Below are positions 1 through 10,861 of a stretch of 64,000 nucleotides of DNA, piece by piece. Location: NCBI GenBank assembly GCA_029215975.1, contig JAEMVD010000002.1, positions 27,235 through 91,234 on the forward strand, written 5' to 3'. The translations under genes and the position numbers were made by a program. Source of the DNA: Sulfurimonas sp. SAG-AH-194-C20 (GTDB lineage Bacteria; Campylobacterota; Campylobacteria; Campylobacterales; Sulfurimonadaceae). The notes beneath the pieces are model-generated. The model was given only the letters and a program-made list of their open reading frames with translations, had not been told where the DNA came from and searched no databases. Within the stretch, counting starts at the first letter, position 1, and every line of letters starts with the position of its first letter.

Positions 1-267
1 CCCTATAAAAAACTCTGCCGAATTCTTTTTGCACATACAAATGGAGCAAAGGCACAAGAGGCTATGCGGGAGATGGAGTCTAAACTACAAAGTATAAGTG
101 AAATTGAAGTTGTGGGTGCGGGAAAATGCTCTATTGAGAGAGTGGCTAATAAGTATAGATTCGAGATACTCTTACGCTCAGACAAGGCAACTGCACTCAT
201 TAACGCAGTTAATACAACTAAGGTGAAATTAGCTGAAATAGATATGGATCCTATTGATTTTGGCTAA
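1..267 (+). CDS. priA: Primosomal protein N' (PriA), C-terminal fragment (gene starts before window)
   Basis: Frame open from base 1 (PYKKLCRILFAH...IERVANKYRFEILLRS...EIDMDPIDFG), typical of the PriA C-terminus. Confidence 0.8.
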   Translation, partial: PYKKLCRILFAHTNGAKAQEAMREMESKLQSISEIEVVGAGKCSIERVANKYRFEILLRSDKATALINAVNTTKVKLAEIDMDPIDFG

Positions 268-811
268 AAAACCAGTAAAATGCCAGCATAAGACCTGGTG
301 TTTTTTGGAAAGACTCATCAAACATAAATGCTTTAGCCTCTTTAAGTTTAAGATAAATAACTTCAATGTTCTCTTCTTCTAGTCCACCACCTGCGTTTAT
401 CATCAAACTATCATTTATCTGTGCATAGTAGAGTGTTTGAAGTGCTCCTGAGATGCCAACACTAGTGTAGTAGGAAGTGATTTTGCTAATTGAGTTTAAA
501 GGAATATCATAACCACACTCTTCAAGTACCTCTTCTCTAGCTATCTCTTTGTCGCTTAAGTCTTTATCTATAATGCCCGCACAGAGTTCATAAGTGTAGC
601 CATCTTTTTTGTTAGCATTAAGTACAGGAGGTCGAAACTGTTTGACTAAAACAAAAGCATCTCTGTCTATGTTGTAGAGTAAAACACTTACTGCATCGTG
701 GGAGATGATTGCTTCCCAGAGTTTTTTGTGACCTTCTACTTCATAAGTAATAGCAATAGGTTTAATAAAGTTTGGATTTTCTAATGGAGCGGTTTTTATG
801 ATTTTAGCCAT
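251..811 (-). CDS. NUDIX hydrolase (ADP-ribose/GDP-mannose pyrophosphatase type)
   Basis: Nudix box ELCAGIID...AREEVLEECGY; VLVKQFRPP. Confidence 0.9.
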   Translation of the reverse strand: MAKIIKTAPLENPNFIKPIAITYEVEGHKKLWEAIISHDAVSVLLYNIDRDAFVLVKQFRPPVLNANKKDGYTYELCAGIIDKDLSDKEIAREEVLEECGYDIPLNSISKITSYYTSVGISGALQTLYYAQINDSLMINAGGGLEEENIEVIYLKLKEAKAFMFDESFQKTPGLMLAFYWFFSQNQ

Positions 812-2027
812 CTGTTTTGCATCCTTGAATGTGAATATAGCACTGGTTTGTAAAGTTTTTCTTCTTTTTATAAGGTGTCTGATTGTTTAGATGTAGGGCG
901 ATAGACTCATCATAATTTTTTTGTAGTCTTAAAAAGGCTTTCTTCTCTATACCTCTGAGTTTTTTTGTAGTAACTTGAACCACACGAAGTGGATTTATAG
1001 CTCGACCGCGTTTGCGGAGTTCAAAGTGAAGGTGTGGACCAGTTGAGCGCCCCGTTGTTCCTACATAACCTATAGTTTGCCCTTTTTTAACATACTTTCC
1101 TCGTCTAATTCCACGGCGAAAAGATTTCATATGTGCATAACGTGTCTCGTAACCATCAGCATGTCTTATTTTTACAAGGTTACCATAACTCCCAAGTCTA
1201 GCAGCATAACTGACACGACCACTTCCCGCAGCTACGATAGGAGTACCACGTCTTGCTGCATAGTCCATACCTAAGTGGGCTTTCCATTTATGTAAAACAG
1301 GATGCCACCTGCGTTTAGTAAAGTATGAAGAGATTCTAGCACCTCTAACAGGACGAGCAAGTAAAAAGCCCTCTACCTCGTGTCCCTTTTCATCATAGTA
1401 CCTACTGTCATCATTAAGATAGATATAGTGCTTTTTATGTCGCATCTCTATCATGGCTACATGTAAGATAGGCATAGAAAAGACTTCGTCTAAACGGTAC
1501 TTCTGCTCATAGATCATAACTAGGTCATCACCCGCTCTTATGTCATTTTTAAAGTTTAGTGAGTTTCTAAAATTTGCTGTGAAGATTTGAGCGAGTTTTT
1601 TACTACCTGTATATTTCATGATAGTGTAGTTTGGTGAACTCACTATCTTTGTGGCAAAAGATTCTACTTTTGTAGTACTGATGATGGGAATAGCTTCAAA
1701 TTTATAAGCATTATTGTTTTTATAAATGTGAATTTGCAGTTCATCATTCAGAGGAAGTAAAACTTGTCCTATGCTTTTGTTTGCATCATAAAGAACTTGG
1801 TAGTGCATACCAGAACGCATCTCTTCAGTGAGGCGTTGGTCATCTTTGTCGAGATTATAATAGAGTGGTCTTATTGGCAGAGCATTTTTTTCTAAAAAGA
1901 CTAAAAAAGTTTGACCACTTGGCCAACGGTAGCGCTCAACTTCAGAAGAAAAGAGATTTGTAATGAGGAATAAAAAAAAGAAAATACGTATCAAAAAACT
2001 AAGCCTATTATAAAAATTGTAAAACAT
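804..2027 (-). CDS. M23 family peptidoglycan DD-endopeptidase (Csd3/MepM-like); start may be TTG at 1994
   Basis: HLGMDYA (HxxxD) and STGPHLHFE (HxH) zinc motifs; hydrophobic N-terminus. Confidence 0.9.
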   Translation of the reverse strand: MFYNFYNRLSFLIRIFFFLFLITNLFSSEVERYRWPSGQTFLVFLEKNALPIRPLYYNLDKDDQRLTEEMRSGMHYQVLYDANKSIGQVLLPLNDELQIHIYKNNNAYKFEAIPIISTTKVESFATKIVSSPNYTIMKYTGSKKLAQIFTANFRNSLNFKNDIRAGDDLVMIYEQKYRLDEVFSMPILHVAMIEMRHKKHYIYLNDDSRYYDEKGHEVEGFLLARPVRGARISSYFTKRRWHPVLHKWKAHLGMDYAARRGTPIVAAGSGRVSYAARLGSYGNLVKIRHADGYETRYAHMKSFRRGIRRGKYVKKGQTIGYVGTTGRSTGPHLHFELRKRGRAINPLRVVQVTTKKLRGIEKKAFLRLQKNYDESIALHLNNQTPYKKKKNFTNQCYIHIQGCKTDG

Positions 2028-2095
2028 TATCAAATTTTTGCTTAGTCTGAGGTTTGTTTGATATAATCGCATATAAATAAAATTAAAGAAGCAAT

Positions 2096-2869
2096 ATGAA
2101 ACATATATTTTTACTACTCGTTATAGCACTAGGACTGAGTGCTTCAATGATAAAAACTACACTACTTTCTATTGATTATGATAAAAATAGAGCCACTGTC
2201 AAAATTAAGAGTGTAGATATAGGTGTTAGTGGTTTTTTGGTTCATACACTAGCTAAAAATCATACTACAATTGTAAAAAATGTGCAAGTTATATCGTATG
2301 ATAAAACAAGTGAGATAGCAACATTGGAAATGAACACCTTTAATGCTTTACAAAATAATGCTCTTCCAACAGGACGCTGGAAAGCACTTGCAGGCGATAA
2401 GGTAGAACTAGCATTTGGATACTCTCGCTCAATGCTCATTGCTCCGAGTGAAGAAATTTATCATCGTATAACAAAAAGTGTTAAAACGCAGTGGGTGCAT
2501 ATAGATATATTTGCCACTGTTATCTCTTATAGAGGGCACCCGACACCACTTAAAGAAGACTTTAGTGCTATGAGTATTGCTAGTAGTGTAGGACTTTTAT
2601 TTATTTATATTGACAAGAAACTTTATACAGTCGATATAAATACTTTCGTTATTTTAAGTATTAGTGATGCTCCTTTAGTGCAAGATACTTTACAGCTTCC
2701 TTTTTACTCAAGAGTTGAACATATTGAAGCAAACTGGTGGGGAGATGGTAGTAGTGAGTTAGAAGTGTACGAGCCTTACTACTTTGGACTTTTGAAAAAA
2801 TATAATCCTAATAATAAAGCACTGATACAAAATATAGAGAAATTTGAAAAAGGACAAAAAAATGATTGA
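2096..2869 (+). CDS. Exported protein with plasminogen-binding (PgbA-like) N-terminal domain
   Basis: Signal peptide; IGVSGFLVH, LQNNALPT, LIAPSEEIY, HPTPLKEDF motifs; sits between M23 peptidase and glcD as in related taxa. Confidence 0.7.
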   Translation: MKHIFLLLVIALGLSASMIKTTLLSIDYDKNRATVKIKSVDIGVSGFLVHTLAKNHTTIVKNVQVISYDKTSEIATLEMNTFNALQNNALPTGRWKALAGDKVELAFGYSRSMLIAPSEEIYHRITKSVKTQWVHIDIFATVISYRGHPTPLKEDFSAMSIASSVGLLFIYIDKKLYTVDINTFVILSISDAPLVQDTLQLPFYSRVEHIEANWWGDGSSELEVYEPYYFGLLKKYNPNNKALIQNIEKFEKGQKND

Positions 2870-4247
2870 TGCAAAACATTTACAACATTTTACATCTATA
2901 GTTGGTGATGATAATATTTACAGTGATAAAGCACACCTAATAGCTTACTCATACGATGCAACACGCACAAAGTTTGAGCCTGATGCTGTTATATTTCCTA
3001 GAAATGAAGATGACATATCAAAGATACTTAAATACTGTAATGAAAAAAGAATAGTCATCGTTCCTCGTGGAGCAGGGTCTGGTTTTACAGGTGGAGCACT
3101 TCCTAGTAGTGGTGGAATTGTTTTAGGCTTTGAAAAACACATGAACAAAATCCTAGAGATAGATATGAAAAATATGGTAGCCATAGTGCAACCAGGTCTT
3201 ATAAACATGGACTTACAACGTGCTGTTGAAGCGGTTGGTCTTTTTTATCCACCAGATCCAGCGTCTCAAGACTACTCGACTATCGGTGGAAATGTGAGTG
3301 AAAATGCGGGAGGTATGCGTGCTGCAAAGTACGGAATCACTAAAGATTATGTGATGGCAACTCGCGCAGTTCTTCCAAACGGTGACATCATTAAAGCGGG
3401 CAAGCGCACCATCAAAGATGTGGCGGGTTATAACATAAGCGGTATTCTAATCGCGAGTGAGGGAACACTTGCTGTACTTTCAGAAATTACACTGCGTTTG
3501 ATTCCTAAACCGAAGATGACAAAAACAGCAGTAGGGATTTTTGACACTGTAAACGCAGCGATGGAAGCAGTTTATAAAACTATGGCAAGTGGAATTACTC
3601 CTGTTGCCATGGAGTTTTTAGATAATCTTACTATTCGTGCAGTTGAGCAAGTTCATGGCAAAGGTCTTCCTGTTGATGCAGGTGCTTTACTTGTAACTGA
3701 TGTTGATGGAAACCTCGAAGATGATTTAAACTTTCAACTTGCTCAAATTGAGAAGGTATTTAAAGAGAATGGTTGTAGAGAATTTAGAATAGCAAAAGAT
3801 GAAAAAGAGGCAGCTGATATCTGGTTTGCTCGGCGTAATGCTTCTCAAGCGATTACTATTTATGGTAGCAAAAAGCTCAACGAAGATGTTACTGTCCCAC
3901 GTGCTGCATTGCCAGAACTGTTAAATAAGTTTAATGCAATTGCTAAGAAATATGATATCAACATCCCGTGTTTTGGTCATACAGGTGATGGAAATGTACA
4001 TACAAATGTTATGGTAGATGGGAAAGACCCAGAGCAGGTAAAAATCGCTTATCAGGCAATAGAAGAAGTTTTTCAAGCAACTATTGACTTAGGTGGAACA
4101 CTCTCTGGTGAGCACGGTATCGGTCTTGCTAAAGCACCTTATATGCGAATGGCGTTTAGTGACGAGGAGATGAACCTCTTTAAGTCCATTAAAATGGCGT
4201 TTGACCCTAACAACATTTTAAACCCTGCAAAAATGGGTCTTGATTAA
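2862..4247 (+). CDS. glcD: FAD-linked oxidase, glycolate oxidase subunit GlcD-like
   Basis: PRGAGSGFTGG, YPPDPAS, GHTGDGNVH, SGEHGIG, DPNNILNP; AGGA RBS before ATG 2862. Confidence 0.85.
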   Translation: MIDAKHLQHFTSIVGDDNIYSDKAHLIAYSYDATRTKFEPDAVIFPRNEDDISKILKYCNEKRIVIVPRGAGSGFTGGALPSSGGIVLGFEKHMNKILEIDMKNMVAIVQPGLINMDLQRAVEAVGLFYPPDPASQDYSTIGGNVSENAGGMRAAKYGITKDYVMATRAVLPNGDIIKAGKRTIKDVAGYNISGILIASEGTLAVLSEITLRLIPKPKMTKTAVGIFDTVNAAMEAVYKTMASGITPVAMEFLDNLTIRAVEQVHGKGLPVDAGALLVTDVDGNLEDDLNFQLAQIEKVFKENGCREFRIAKDEKEAADIWFARRNASQAITIYGSKKLNEDVTVPRAALPELLNKFNAIAKKYDINIPCFGHTGDGNVHTNVMVDGKDPEQVKIAYQAIEEVFQATIDLGGTLSGEHGIGLAKAPYMRMAFSDEEMNLFKSIKMAFDPNNILNPAKMGLD

Positions 4248-4248
4248 C

Positions 4249-5064
4249 ATGAGTGAAAAAAGTACTCACATTCTTAAAGAGATTAAGTTTTGGGTGAGTA
4301 CTTTTGTTGACAAAGAGCTTACACTCTTTGCTGCTAGTCTGAGTTTTTATACTATTTTTACCATCATCCCACTTCTTTTAATAATACTAACACTTTTAAC
4401 TTCACTTCCAAGTTTTGCAGATCATTACGAGAGTATAAAAAGTTTTATTTTCTCAAATCTTATGCCAGTAAATTCTGAACTAGTGATGGAAAAGTTAGAT
4501 ATATTTTTAGCAAACTCTTCAAAAATGGGGATGATAGGTTTTGCGATGATTTTAGTGGCTTCATTGCTCTTTTTTAAAAACTTTGAGTATATTGCTAACA
4601 AGATATTTCATGCAAAACCTAGAACTCTTTGGGAGTCCATAACAACTTACTGGACGATGCTCACTCTTACTCCTATTGCTTTAGGAGTCTCTTTTTACAT
4701 TACCGGCTATATCGCAACTCTAATGGCTTCAAACTCTTTAACTTCAGGTTTTAATATCTTGCCATTAGTCCCGTATGTTATTATCTGGGCACTTTTCTTT
4801 TTGATATTTCAAATAGGACCAAACGCAAAGATAAATCCTAGAGCTTCATTTATAAGCTCATTTATCATCTCCATAGTCTTTAGTGTGAGTAAAAATGCTT
4901 TTATTTATTATGTGTTTTTAAACAAATCATACACTACAATGTACGGCTCTTTTGCTATCGTTATGTTCTTGTTTTTATGGATTTACGTCTCGTGGATTAT
5001 CTTTATTTATGGCTTGAAGTTATGTTATATTATTGACAAATTATACCAAAATAAAAATCATTAG
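4249..5064 (+). CDS. YihY/BrkB family inner membrane protein
   Basis: AASLSFYTIFTIIP, YGSFAIVMFLFLWIYVSW; multiple TM helices. Confidence 0.88.
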   Translation: MSEKSTHILKEIKFWVSTFVDKELTLFAASLSFYTIFTIIPLLLIILTLLTSLPSFADHYESIKSFIFSNLMPVNSELVMEKLDIFLANSSKMGMIGFAMILVASLLFFKNFEYIANKIFHAKPRTLWESITTYWTMLTLTPIALGVSFYITGYIATLMASNSLTSGFNILPLVPYVIIWALFFLIFQIGPNAKINPRASFISSFIISIVFSVSKNAFIYYVFLNKSYTTMYGSFAIVMFLFLWIYVSWIIFIYGLKLCYIIDKLYQNKNH

Positions 5065-5146
5065 TATACAATCTTTTTTAGGTCAATATAAAGAGCTGAT
5101 TCAAATGTTGAGTTATCAAGAAGATACTATTTTGCAGACTGACTAG

Positions 5147-7015
5147 TTAAGTTGTGCTTGTTAGCAGTATTGTAAAACAAGCTCCCTCTTTTGTATTGTG
5201 TACATGAAGTTGAGAGAGCATACTGTCTTCGATTATCATTTTAGATATATAAAGCCCTAAACCTGTTCCTTGTGAGCTGTGTTTTGTGGAGTAGTATGGC
5301 TCAAATATTCTATCTAAGATGTCTTCTTGTATCCCCCCTCCATTATCAAAAATCTCAATTTTACAGTGTTCATCAGTCTCTTTTATATTAATTGTAATTT
5401 TTGCATTCTTAGTGTTTTTTACACTTAGAATATCTTTGGAGTTGGTTAGAATTACTAGTAAAACTTGTTGTAGCTCGTTTTTATATCCATTATATACAAT
5501 TTGGGATATATTTTTTTCTATGATTATGGAGTGTCTCTCAAACATATTTTCTAGTAGTTTTAGTGTATCATCTATAAGTTCATTTAGAAAAAAAGTATTT
5601 TTTTGTTTATTTGGAGTAAAATAGTTTTTAAAATCATCAATGGTTTTAGACATATAACTAGTAAAATTTTCAATTTCATGGAGTTTTGTTTCTATCTTTT
5701 CATTTTGATAGTTGTGATGATTCATCTCAGATTCTACTACAAAAATACAAGAGTTTATTTGAGAAAGAGGTTGTCTCCATTGGTGTCCTATATTTTCTAT
5801 CATCTGACCTATCGCACTCATTTTACTTTGATGAAAAATCATTTTATCTTTAGATATATTCTCTTTTTGTAAAATTTTAATTCTAAAGGAGAGTATAAAG
5901 GCTAGAAGAATAGCCTCTATCAAAATACCTATCATCGCAGCACTAAATACAAAGGCATTGTACTGAAAAAATCCTATGAAGTAGAGATTACTGATAAGGG
6001 CGAAAAAGGAAAAAACAGAATTACCGATTATAAATATAAGTGCTAAAGGGTTTCCCGCTTTCATAAATCTATAAGTGGTAAAAAGAAGTATAATCAACAT
6101 ATAAAAATAGAGTGTAGATGCTATATGTAAAGCAATTTCAAGCTTATAAAAACCAATAAGAAATCCAAAAGAGAAAAGAAAAACGACTGAATTAAGTAGT
6201 TTGTCTTCTAGTGGAAACTTTTGTTTTGTTTCAAAGATGGTTTTAGAAAACATAGCTAGAAAAATGGGTATGAGTAAAACCGAAAGTAAAAACTCTCTAC
6301 TAATAGAATCAAAATATATACCAAAATTACTAGCTAACATACCAGACAAGAAAGACTGCCAGACAACAGCACTAGCAAGGTATAAGGAGTAATAAATATA
6401 CTCTTTTCGCTTGCTAGTGAGATAAAGCATAGCATGGTAAAGAGCTAATGCTATGAGCATACCTAGGATAATAAACAATATTGTATTGCCCTTCGCGACA
6501 CTTTTTTTAGAAGAAAAGGCATCGTTAATCTCAAAATAAGGGTACTGCATAGAGTTCATAATATTTTTTATATAGATAGTCTTTGTCTCGTTACTCTCAA
6601 GAGTAGTTTGAAATATAGCATCCGTTGCATACATCTTTTTTTGCGTATCATTTTTGTTGGCTAAGTCGATAAAAAGTTTACTTAGAACTTTGTTGTTTTT
6701 TAGTTCATAGAACTCGATTTTGTTTGCGACATAAGCATGCTTGTTATGTATAAAAAGCTTCTTTTTCTTTGCTGTTTTGTTTGTTATGGCAAATCGAATC
6801 CATGTGTGGGTTTTGTTTTTTCCTAAAGAGAGACTATTTGTCCCTGTCTCAAAGTTTTGAGACTTTACATCATGAAGTTTTAGCTTAGTAGTTGCATCTA
6901 CAAAGTACTCTAGTTTAAAATGTTTAATGTTTACATCATTTTGCTCAACTATTACCGTAGGCATGGCGTTTAAAAAAGAAGTTAAGAGAGAAAAGAAAAA
7001 AAGTATTTTAATCAT
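5147..7015 (-). CDS. 7TM-DISM sensor histidine kinase (no adjacent response regulator)
   Basis: Periplasmic DISM-like domain (THTWIRFAI), about 7 TM, H-box ENIGHQWRQPL, DNGGGI, FEPYYSTK, GTGLGLY. Confidence 0.9.
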   Translation of the reverse strand: MIKILFFFSLLTSFLNAMPTVIVEQNDVNIKHFKLEYFVDATTKLKLHDVKSQNFETGTNSLSLGKNKTHTWIRFAITNKTAKKKKLFIHNKHAYVANKIEFYELKNNKVLSKLFIDLANKNDTQKKMYATDAIFQTTLESNETKTIYIKNIMNSMQYPYFEINDAFSSKKSVAKGNTILFIILGMLIALALYHAMLYLTSKRKEYIYYSLYLASAVVWQSFLSGMLASNFGIYFDSISREFLLSVLLIPIFLAMFSKTIFETKQKFPLEDKLLNSVVFLFSFGFLIGFYKLEIALHIASTLYFYMLIILLFTTYRFMKAGNPLALIFIIGNSVFSFFALISNLYFIGFFQYNAFVFSAAMIGILIEAILLAFILSFRIKILQKENISKDKMIFHQSKMSAIGQMIENIGHQWRQPLSQINSCIFVVESEMNHHNYQNEKIETKLHEIENFTSYMSKTIDDFKNYFTPNKQKNTFFLNELIDDTLKLLENMFERHSIIIEKNISQIVYNGYKNELQQVLLVILTNSKDILSVKNTKNAKITINIKETDEHCKIEIFDNGGGIQEDILDRIFEPYYSTKHSSQGTGLGLYISKMIIEDSMLSQLHVHNTKEGACFTILLTSTT

Positions 7016-7031
7016 TGTCATAATTTTACAA

Positions 7032-8306
7032 CTATATGGTGTTGTTGATAGCATATATAAAAAATCCCAAGAGGTACATCAAGAGTGCATAGATAAAAAC
7101 TCTATGATACATAGCGAGTAAAGAGAGTCCAACCTCAACAAATAAAAATTTTAAATCAATAAGTATCTCAACAGTATGCGTCTCTAAATGCATAAGTAAA
7201 CCTAAGTATGAGTCAAATAAGTTCCCGCTTCCTATGAGATGCAAAAAGATACCTATGGGATAAAAGAGAGTAAAAAGTCCTGTCCAAATGATGGAGAGAG
7301 GATGGTAAATACTAAAGTTACCAAAGATGACAATGGAGTAAGGTAGCATGGTAAAGTAGAGCCAAAAAGGAAGCATTAAAAATTTCCAAACTTTACTTCT
7401 GTCATTAAAATGTAGTAAAAACAAAAAGATATAAAATACACCAGCGATACTCAACCAAAAACCAATGTTAAAGTAGAGTCTAGGAAAGATAACAAGGACA
7501 AGCACTAAGGTCAAAAAAAGTGTTTGCATAGAGATGATTTTTAGCCCTCTATCGTAAAGAATAAACCCTATGAGTAACATAACAAAGGCTCGAAGTAGAG
7601 AAGGGGGCATATCTAAAAACACAAGATATATAAGAAGAGAGATGGCAATAATGATAAAACTATCTACCCTGAGACTTCTATATGGAAAAAACCGTTTTTG
7701 TAGATATCTATATGGATACTTGATAAGAAAAAAGAGAATACCGCTAAGTACACTCAAATGAAATCCACTTATGGCAATTAGATGTGAAATCCCAAGACTT
7801 GAAAACACTTTTTGTAGCTCTAGTGGAAGCTGTTTTGCAGTAAAGAGTGCTTGATAAACAAGAGAGACATCTTTACTTTTATGTTGTTTGTTGATACGGG
7901 AATTAAGTCCTGTTTTATAACTGGTGTCAGTATGAATTTCTATGATTTTACTAAAGGAGTAAAAACTTTGCATATAATCATAAAAGCTAGTTTTACCTGC
8001 CCAAACTTCCAGCGTGACATGTTTATATTTTATATCTTGAAGCTTTTTACTAGCTGTTGTGTAAAAAGTAAAACCATCTTCACTTTTTAATTTTAATACT
8101 TGGTAGGTTTTTAGTTTACCTTTTTTGATTTTTGTTTTTGTGTACTGCTTGAGTACAGTTGCATTTACAAGTTGTGAGTCAAACTTTGTGAGCTGTTTAA
8201 AGTTATAGTACTCCATTCCCATGGAGATAGCTAGTAGTACACAAGCTAAGATAAAAAAGTTTAGAAAATCTTTTTTCGTTTGAAATAGGGAGACTTTTTC
8301 TAGCAT
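7032..8306 (-). CDS. comEC: ComEC/Rec2 family competence protein
   Basis: LGISHLIAISGFHL, PPSLLRA, IGFWLS; multi-TM. Confidence 0.88.
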   Translation of the reverse strand: MLEKVSLFQTKKDFLNFFILACVLLAISMGMEYYNFKQLTKFDSQLVNATVLKQYTKTKIKKGKLKTYQVLKLKSEDGFTFYTTASKKLQDIKYKHVTLEVWAGKTSFYDYMQSFYSFSKIIEIHTDTSYKTGLNSRINKQHKSKDVSLVYQALFTAKQLPLELQKVFSSLGISHLIAISGFHLSVLSGILFFLIKYPYRYLQKRFFPYRSLRVDSFIIIAISLLIYLVFLDMPPSLLRAFVMLLIGFILYDRGLKIISMQTLFLTLVLVLVIFPRLYFNIGFWLSIAGVFYIFLFLLHFNDRSKVWKFLMLPFWLYFTMLPYSIVIFGNFSIYHPLSIIWTGLFTLFYPIGIFLHLIGSGNLFDSYLGLLMHLETHTVEILIDLKFLFVEVGLSLLAMYHRVFIYALLMYLLGFFIYAINNTI

Positions 8307-9752
8307 CTAAAGTTGTGGTATATCAATTTGTGGGACATTCATCTGTGCTGATGAAGTATCTATGTTTTCATAAACAGTCTCAACTCCAGTACTAAACGCA
8401 GGAGCATCAACAAAACGAGTGAGTTTCTTCTGAAAGATTAGTTTTACATGACCTGTTGGACCATTACGCTGTTTACCAATGATAATTTCAGCCTCTTCTT
8501 CTTCTTTTTCAACATACTCGGAGATAAACTCTTTTCCTTCAGCTTTAGCAGCTTTTTCACGTTCTTTTTCTTCTTTGTAAAGGTAGACATCATCACGATA
8601 CACAAAAAGAATAATGTCAGCATCCTGCTCAATAGACCCAGACTCACGAATATCACTAAGCATAGGGCGTTTGTCATTACGAGACTCAACACCACGGTTA
8701 AGCTGAGAAAGTGCGACAATAGGCATCTCAAGCTCACGTGCAAGCATCTTTAATCCACGAGAGATTTCAGATACTTGTATATGTCTGTCTTGTTTCCCGA
8801 TACCCTGCATAATCTGTAAGTAGTCGATGACGGCTATCTCTATTTCAGGATGTTGATTTTTTAGTTTTCTAAGCTTAGAACGTAGTTGATTTATGTTCAA
8901 ACTACCTTGGTCATCCACATACAGTTTTGCAGAGTTCATTCTGTCAACTGCCCCATTAAGCGAACTCCATTGGTTGTCATTCATATCACCCACACGAAGT
9001 TTTTGAAGAGGGATAGATGTTTGGATAGAGAGTAAACGCAGCATCAACTGTTCAGCAGGCATTTCAAGTGAGAAAAATGCCACACCCTTACCGTTCATGA
9101 TAAGGCTATTTACAGTGTTTAGGATAAAAGAAGTTTTACCCATTGCAGGACGAGCTGCGATGATGACAAGGTCACCCTTACCAAATCCAGTAGTCATTTT
9201 GTTAAGTTCTGCAAAACCTGTATCTACTCCAACAAGGACACTATTCCCACGGGCTTTCATCTCTTTGATGTATTCCATCGTGTCAATAGTCATCTTCGGT
9301 GCATCTTTAAAGTCAGAAGTTTGGTTGTCTTGAGTAATGTCATAGAGTTTTTTCTCTACTATATCTATGACTTCAGCAGCGGGGAGTTCTTCTTCAACAG
9401 TAACTCTTTTTATCTCAGTTGTAAGTGTTAAGAGATGACGTTTGAGTGATTTGTCTTTTACTTCATCAACATAAGCTTTTGTATTTGAGATAGGGTTGGC
9501 AGATAAAATCTCAAGCATAACCTGCTCATCAAATTTCTTGGCTTTGATAAGCTCTTTTTTGATAAACTCTTCATCAATAGGCTGATCTCTTTGAAGTAAA
9601 AGCGTCATAGCATTAAAGATTTCTTGATGTGCAGGAAGATAAAAGTCATCTACCTTTAAAGCAACACTTAGTTCATCAAACTGACTTGGTTCAAAAACGA
9701 TAGAACTTAAAATACTGCGTTCAAAGGCTAGGTTGTATAAATTATCTTGCAT
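8307..9752 (-). CDS. dnaB: Replicative DNA helicase
   Basis: AARPAMGKT, FSLEM, IDYLQ, LSQLNR, SDIRESGSIEQDAD, KQRNGPTG. Confidence 0.98.
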   Translation of the reverse strand: MQDNLYNLAFERSILSSIVFEPSQFDELSVALKVDDFYLPAHQEIFNAMTLLLQRDQPIDEEFIKKELIKAKKFDEQVMLEILSANPISNTKAYVDEVKDKSLKRHLLTLTTEIKRVTVEEELPAAEVIDIVEKKLYDITQDNQTSDFKDAPKMTIDTMEYIKEMKARGNSVLVGVDTGFAELNKMTTGFGKGDLVIIAARPAMGKTSFILNTVNSLIMNGKGVAFFSLEMPAEQLMLRLLSIQTSIPLQKLRVGDMNDNQWSSLNGAVDRMNSAKLYVDDQGSLNINQLRSKLRKLKNQHPEIEIAVIDYLQIMQGIGKQDRHIQVSEISRGLKMLARELEMPIVALSQLNRGVESRNDKRPMLSDIRESGSIEQDADIILFVYRDDVYLYKEEKEREKAAKAEGKEFISEYVEKEEEEAEIIIGKQRNGPTGHVKLIFQKKLTRFVDAPAFSTGVETVYENIDTSSAQMNVPQIDIPQL

Positions 9753-10813
9753 TATTTACTAGACTCCGCCATTTTTTCAACTTCATAAACAAACTTATCT
9801 ACAAGCTCAGACTCATCAAGGTTAGCGATTACTTCACCCTTAACCATTACAAGACCCTTACCCTTACCATAAGCGATGGCTACATCAGCATGAGCCGCTT
9901 CGCCTATGGCGTTTACAACACAACCCATTACTGAAACATTCAGAGGTGTTTTTATGTGAGCTGTTCTGCGTTCTATCTCAGCAACAGCAGTTACTAAGTC
10001 CGCTTCAATCCGTCCACATGTAGGACAAGAGATGATGTTAAGACCATCAGGCATAGCACCACTATCTTTGAGGATTGCGCGAGCAACATTTATCTCTTCT
10101 TCAAGCTCGCCCGTGATACTTACACGCATAGTATCACCAATACCTTCGAGTAGAAGTGTTCCAAGACCGATAGAGCTTTTTACTGTTGCATGAAAAAGTG
10201 TTCCAGCTTCAGTAACACCCAAGTGAAATGGATAGTTGTTTTTCGGACGAAGTTGTCTATAAGCATTTACAGTTCTCTCTACATCACTTGCTTTGAGCGA
10301 GATTTTTATGTCTGTAAAACCTAAGTCTTCAAGGTACTTGATGTTGTACTCAGCTGACGCCACCATCCCCTCTGCAGTCTGACCATACTTGTTTTCAAAC
10401 TCTTTTTCTAAACTCCCTGCGTTTACACCGATACGAATAGGAATATTTCTCTGCTGACACGCTTTAACTATCTCTTTTATACGAGATTTTTCACCGATGT
10501 TTCCAGGGTTAAAACGGATACAGTCAACGGACTCGGCTGCGATGAGTGCGAGTTTATAGTTGTAGTGGATGTCTGCTACTAAAGGAAGGTCTATTTGCTC
10601 TTTTATGGATTTAAGTGCGAGGGCATCTTCCATATCAGGAACAGCCACTCGAACAATGTCACATCCTGCAAAGTGTAAGCGTTTTATCTGCTCAACTGTA
10701 GCATCTACATCATAAGTGTTAGAGTAAGTCATCGACTGTGTAGAGATTGGAGCATCTCCACCAACAGCTACATCACCGACATATATTTTTTTAGTTGGGT
10801 ATCTTGTAATCAT
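9752..10813 (-). CDS. ispG: (E)-4-hydroxy-3-methylbut-2-enyl-diphosphate synthase
   Basis: [39 protein letters not shown]. Confidence 0.98.
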   Translation of the reverse strand: MITRYPTKKIYVGDVAVGGDAPISTQSMTYSNTYDVDATVEQIKRLHFAGCDIVRVAVPDMEDALALKSIKEQIDLPLVADIHYNYKLALIAAESVDCIRFNPGNIGEKSRIKEIVKACQQRNIPIRIGVNAGSLEKEFENKYGQTAEGMVASAEYNIKYLEDLGFTDIKISLKASDVERTVNAYRQLRPKNNYPFHLGVTEAGTLFHATVKSSIGLGTLLLEGIGDTMRVSITGELEEEINVARAILKDSGAMPDGLNIISCPTCGRIEADLVTAVAEIERRTAHIKTPLNVSVMGCVVNAIGEAAHADVAIAYGKGKGLVMVKGEVIANLDESELVDKFVYEVEKMAESSK

Positions 10814-10861
10814 AGAGTGATTTTAACCACTTTTATATGAAGAAGTGCTTATCTCTATCCC

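Noticed and set aside
1972-1984. Poly-A/T runs (here and e.g. near 13799) as phase-variation tracts
   Set aside because: A/T runs of 8 are expected in this AT-rich DNA; no long G/C tracts seen and frames are intact
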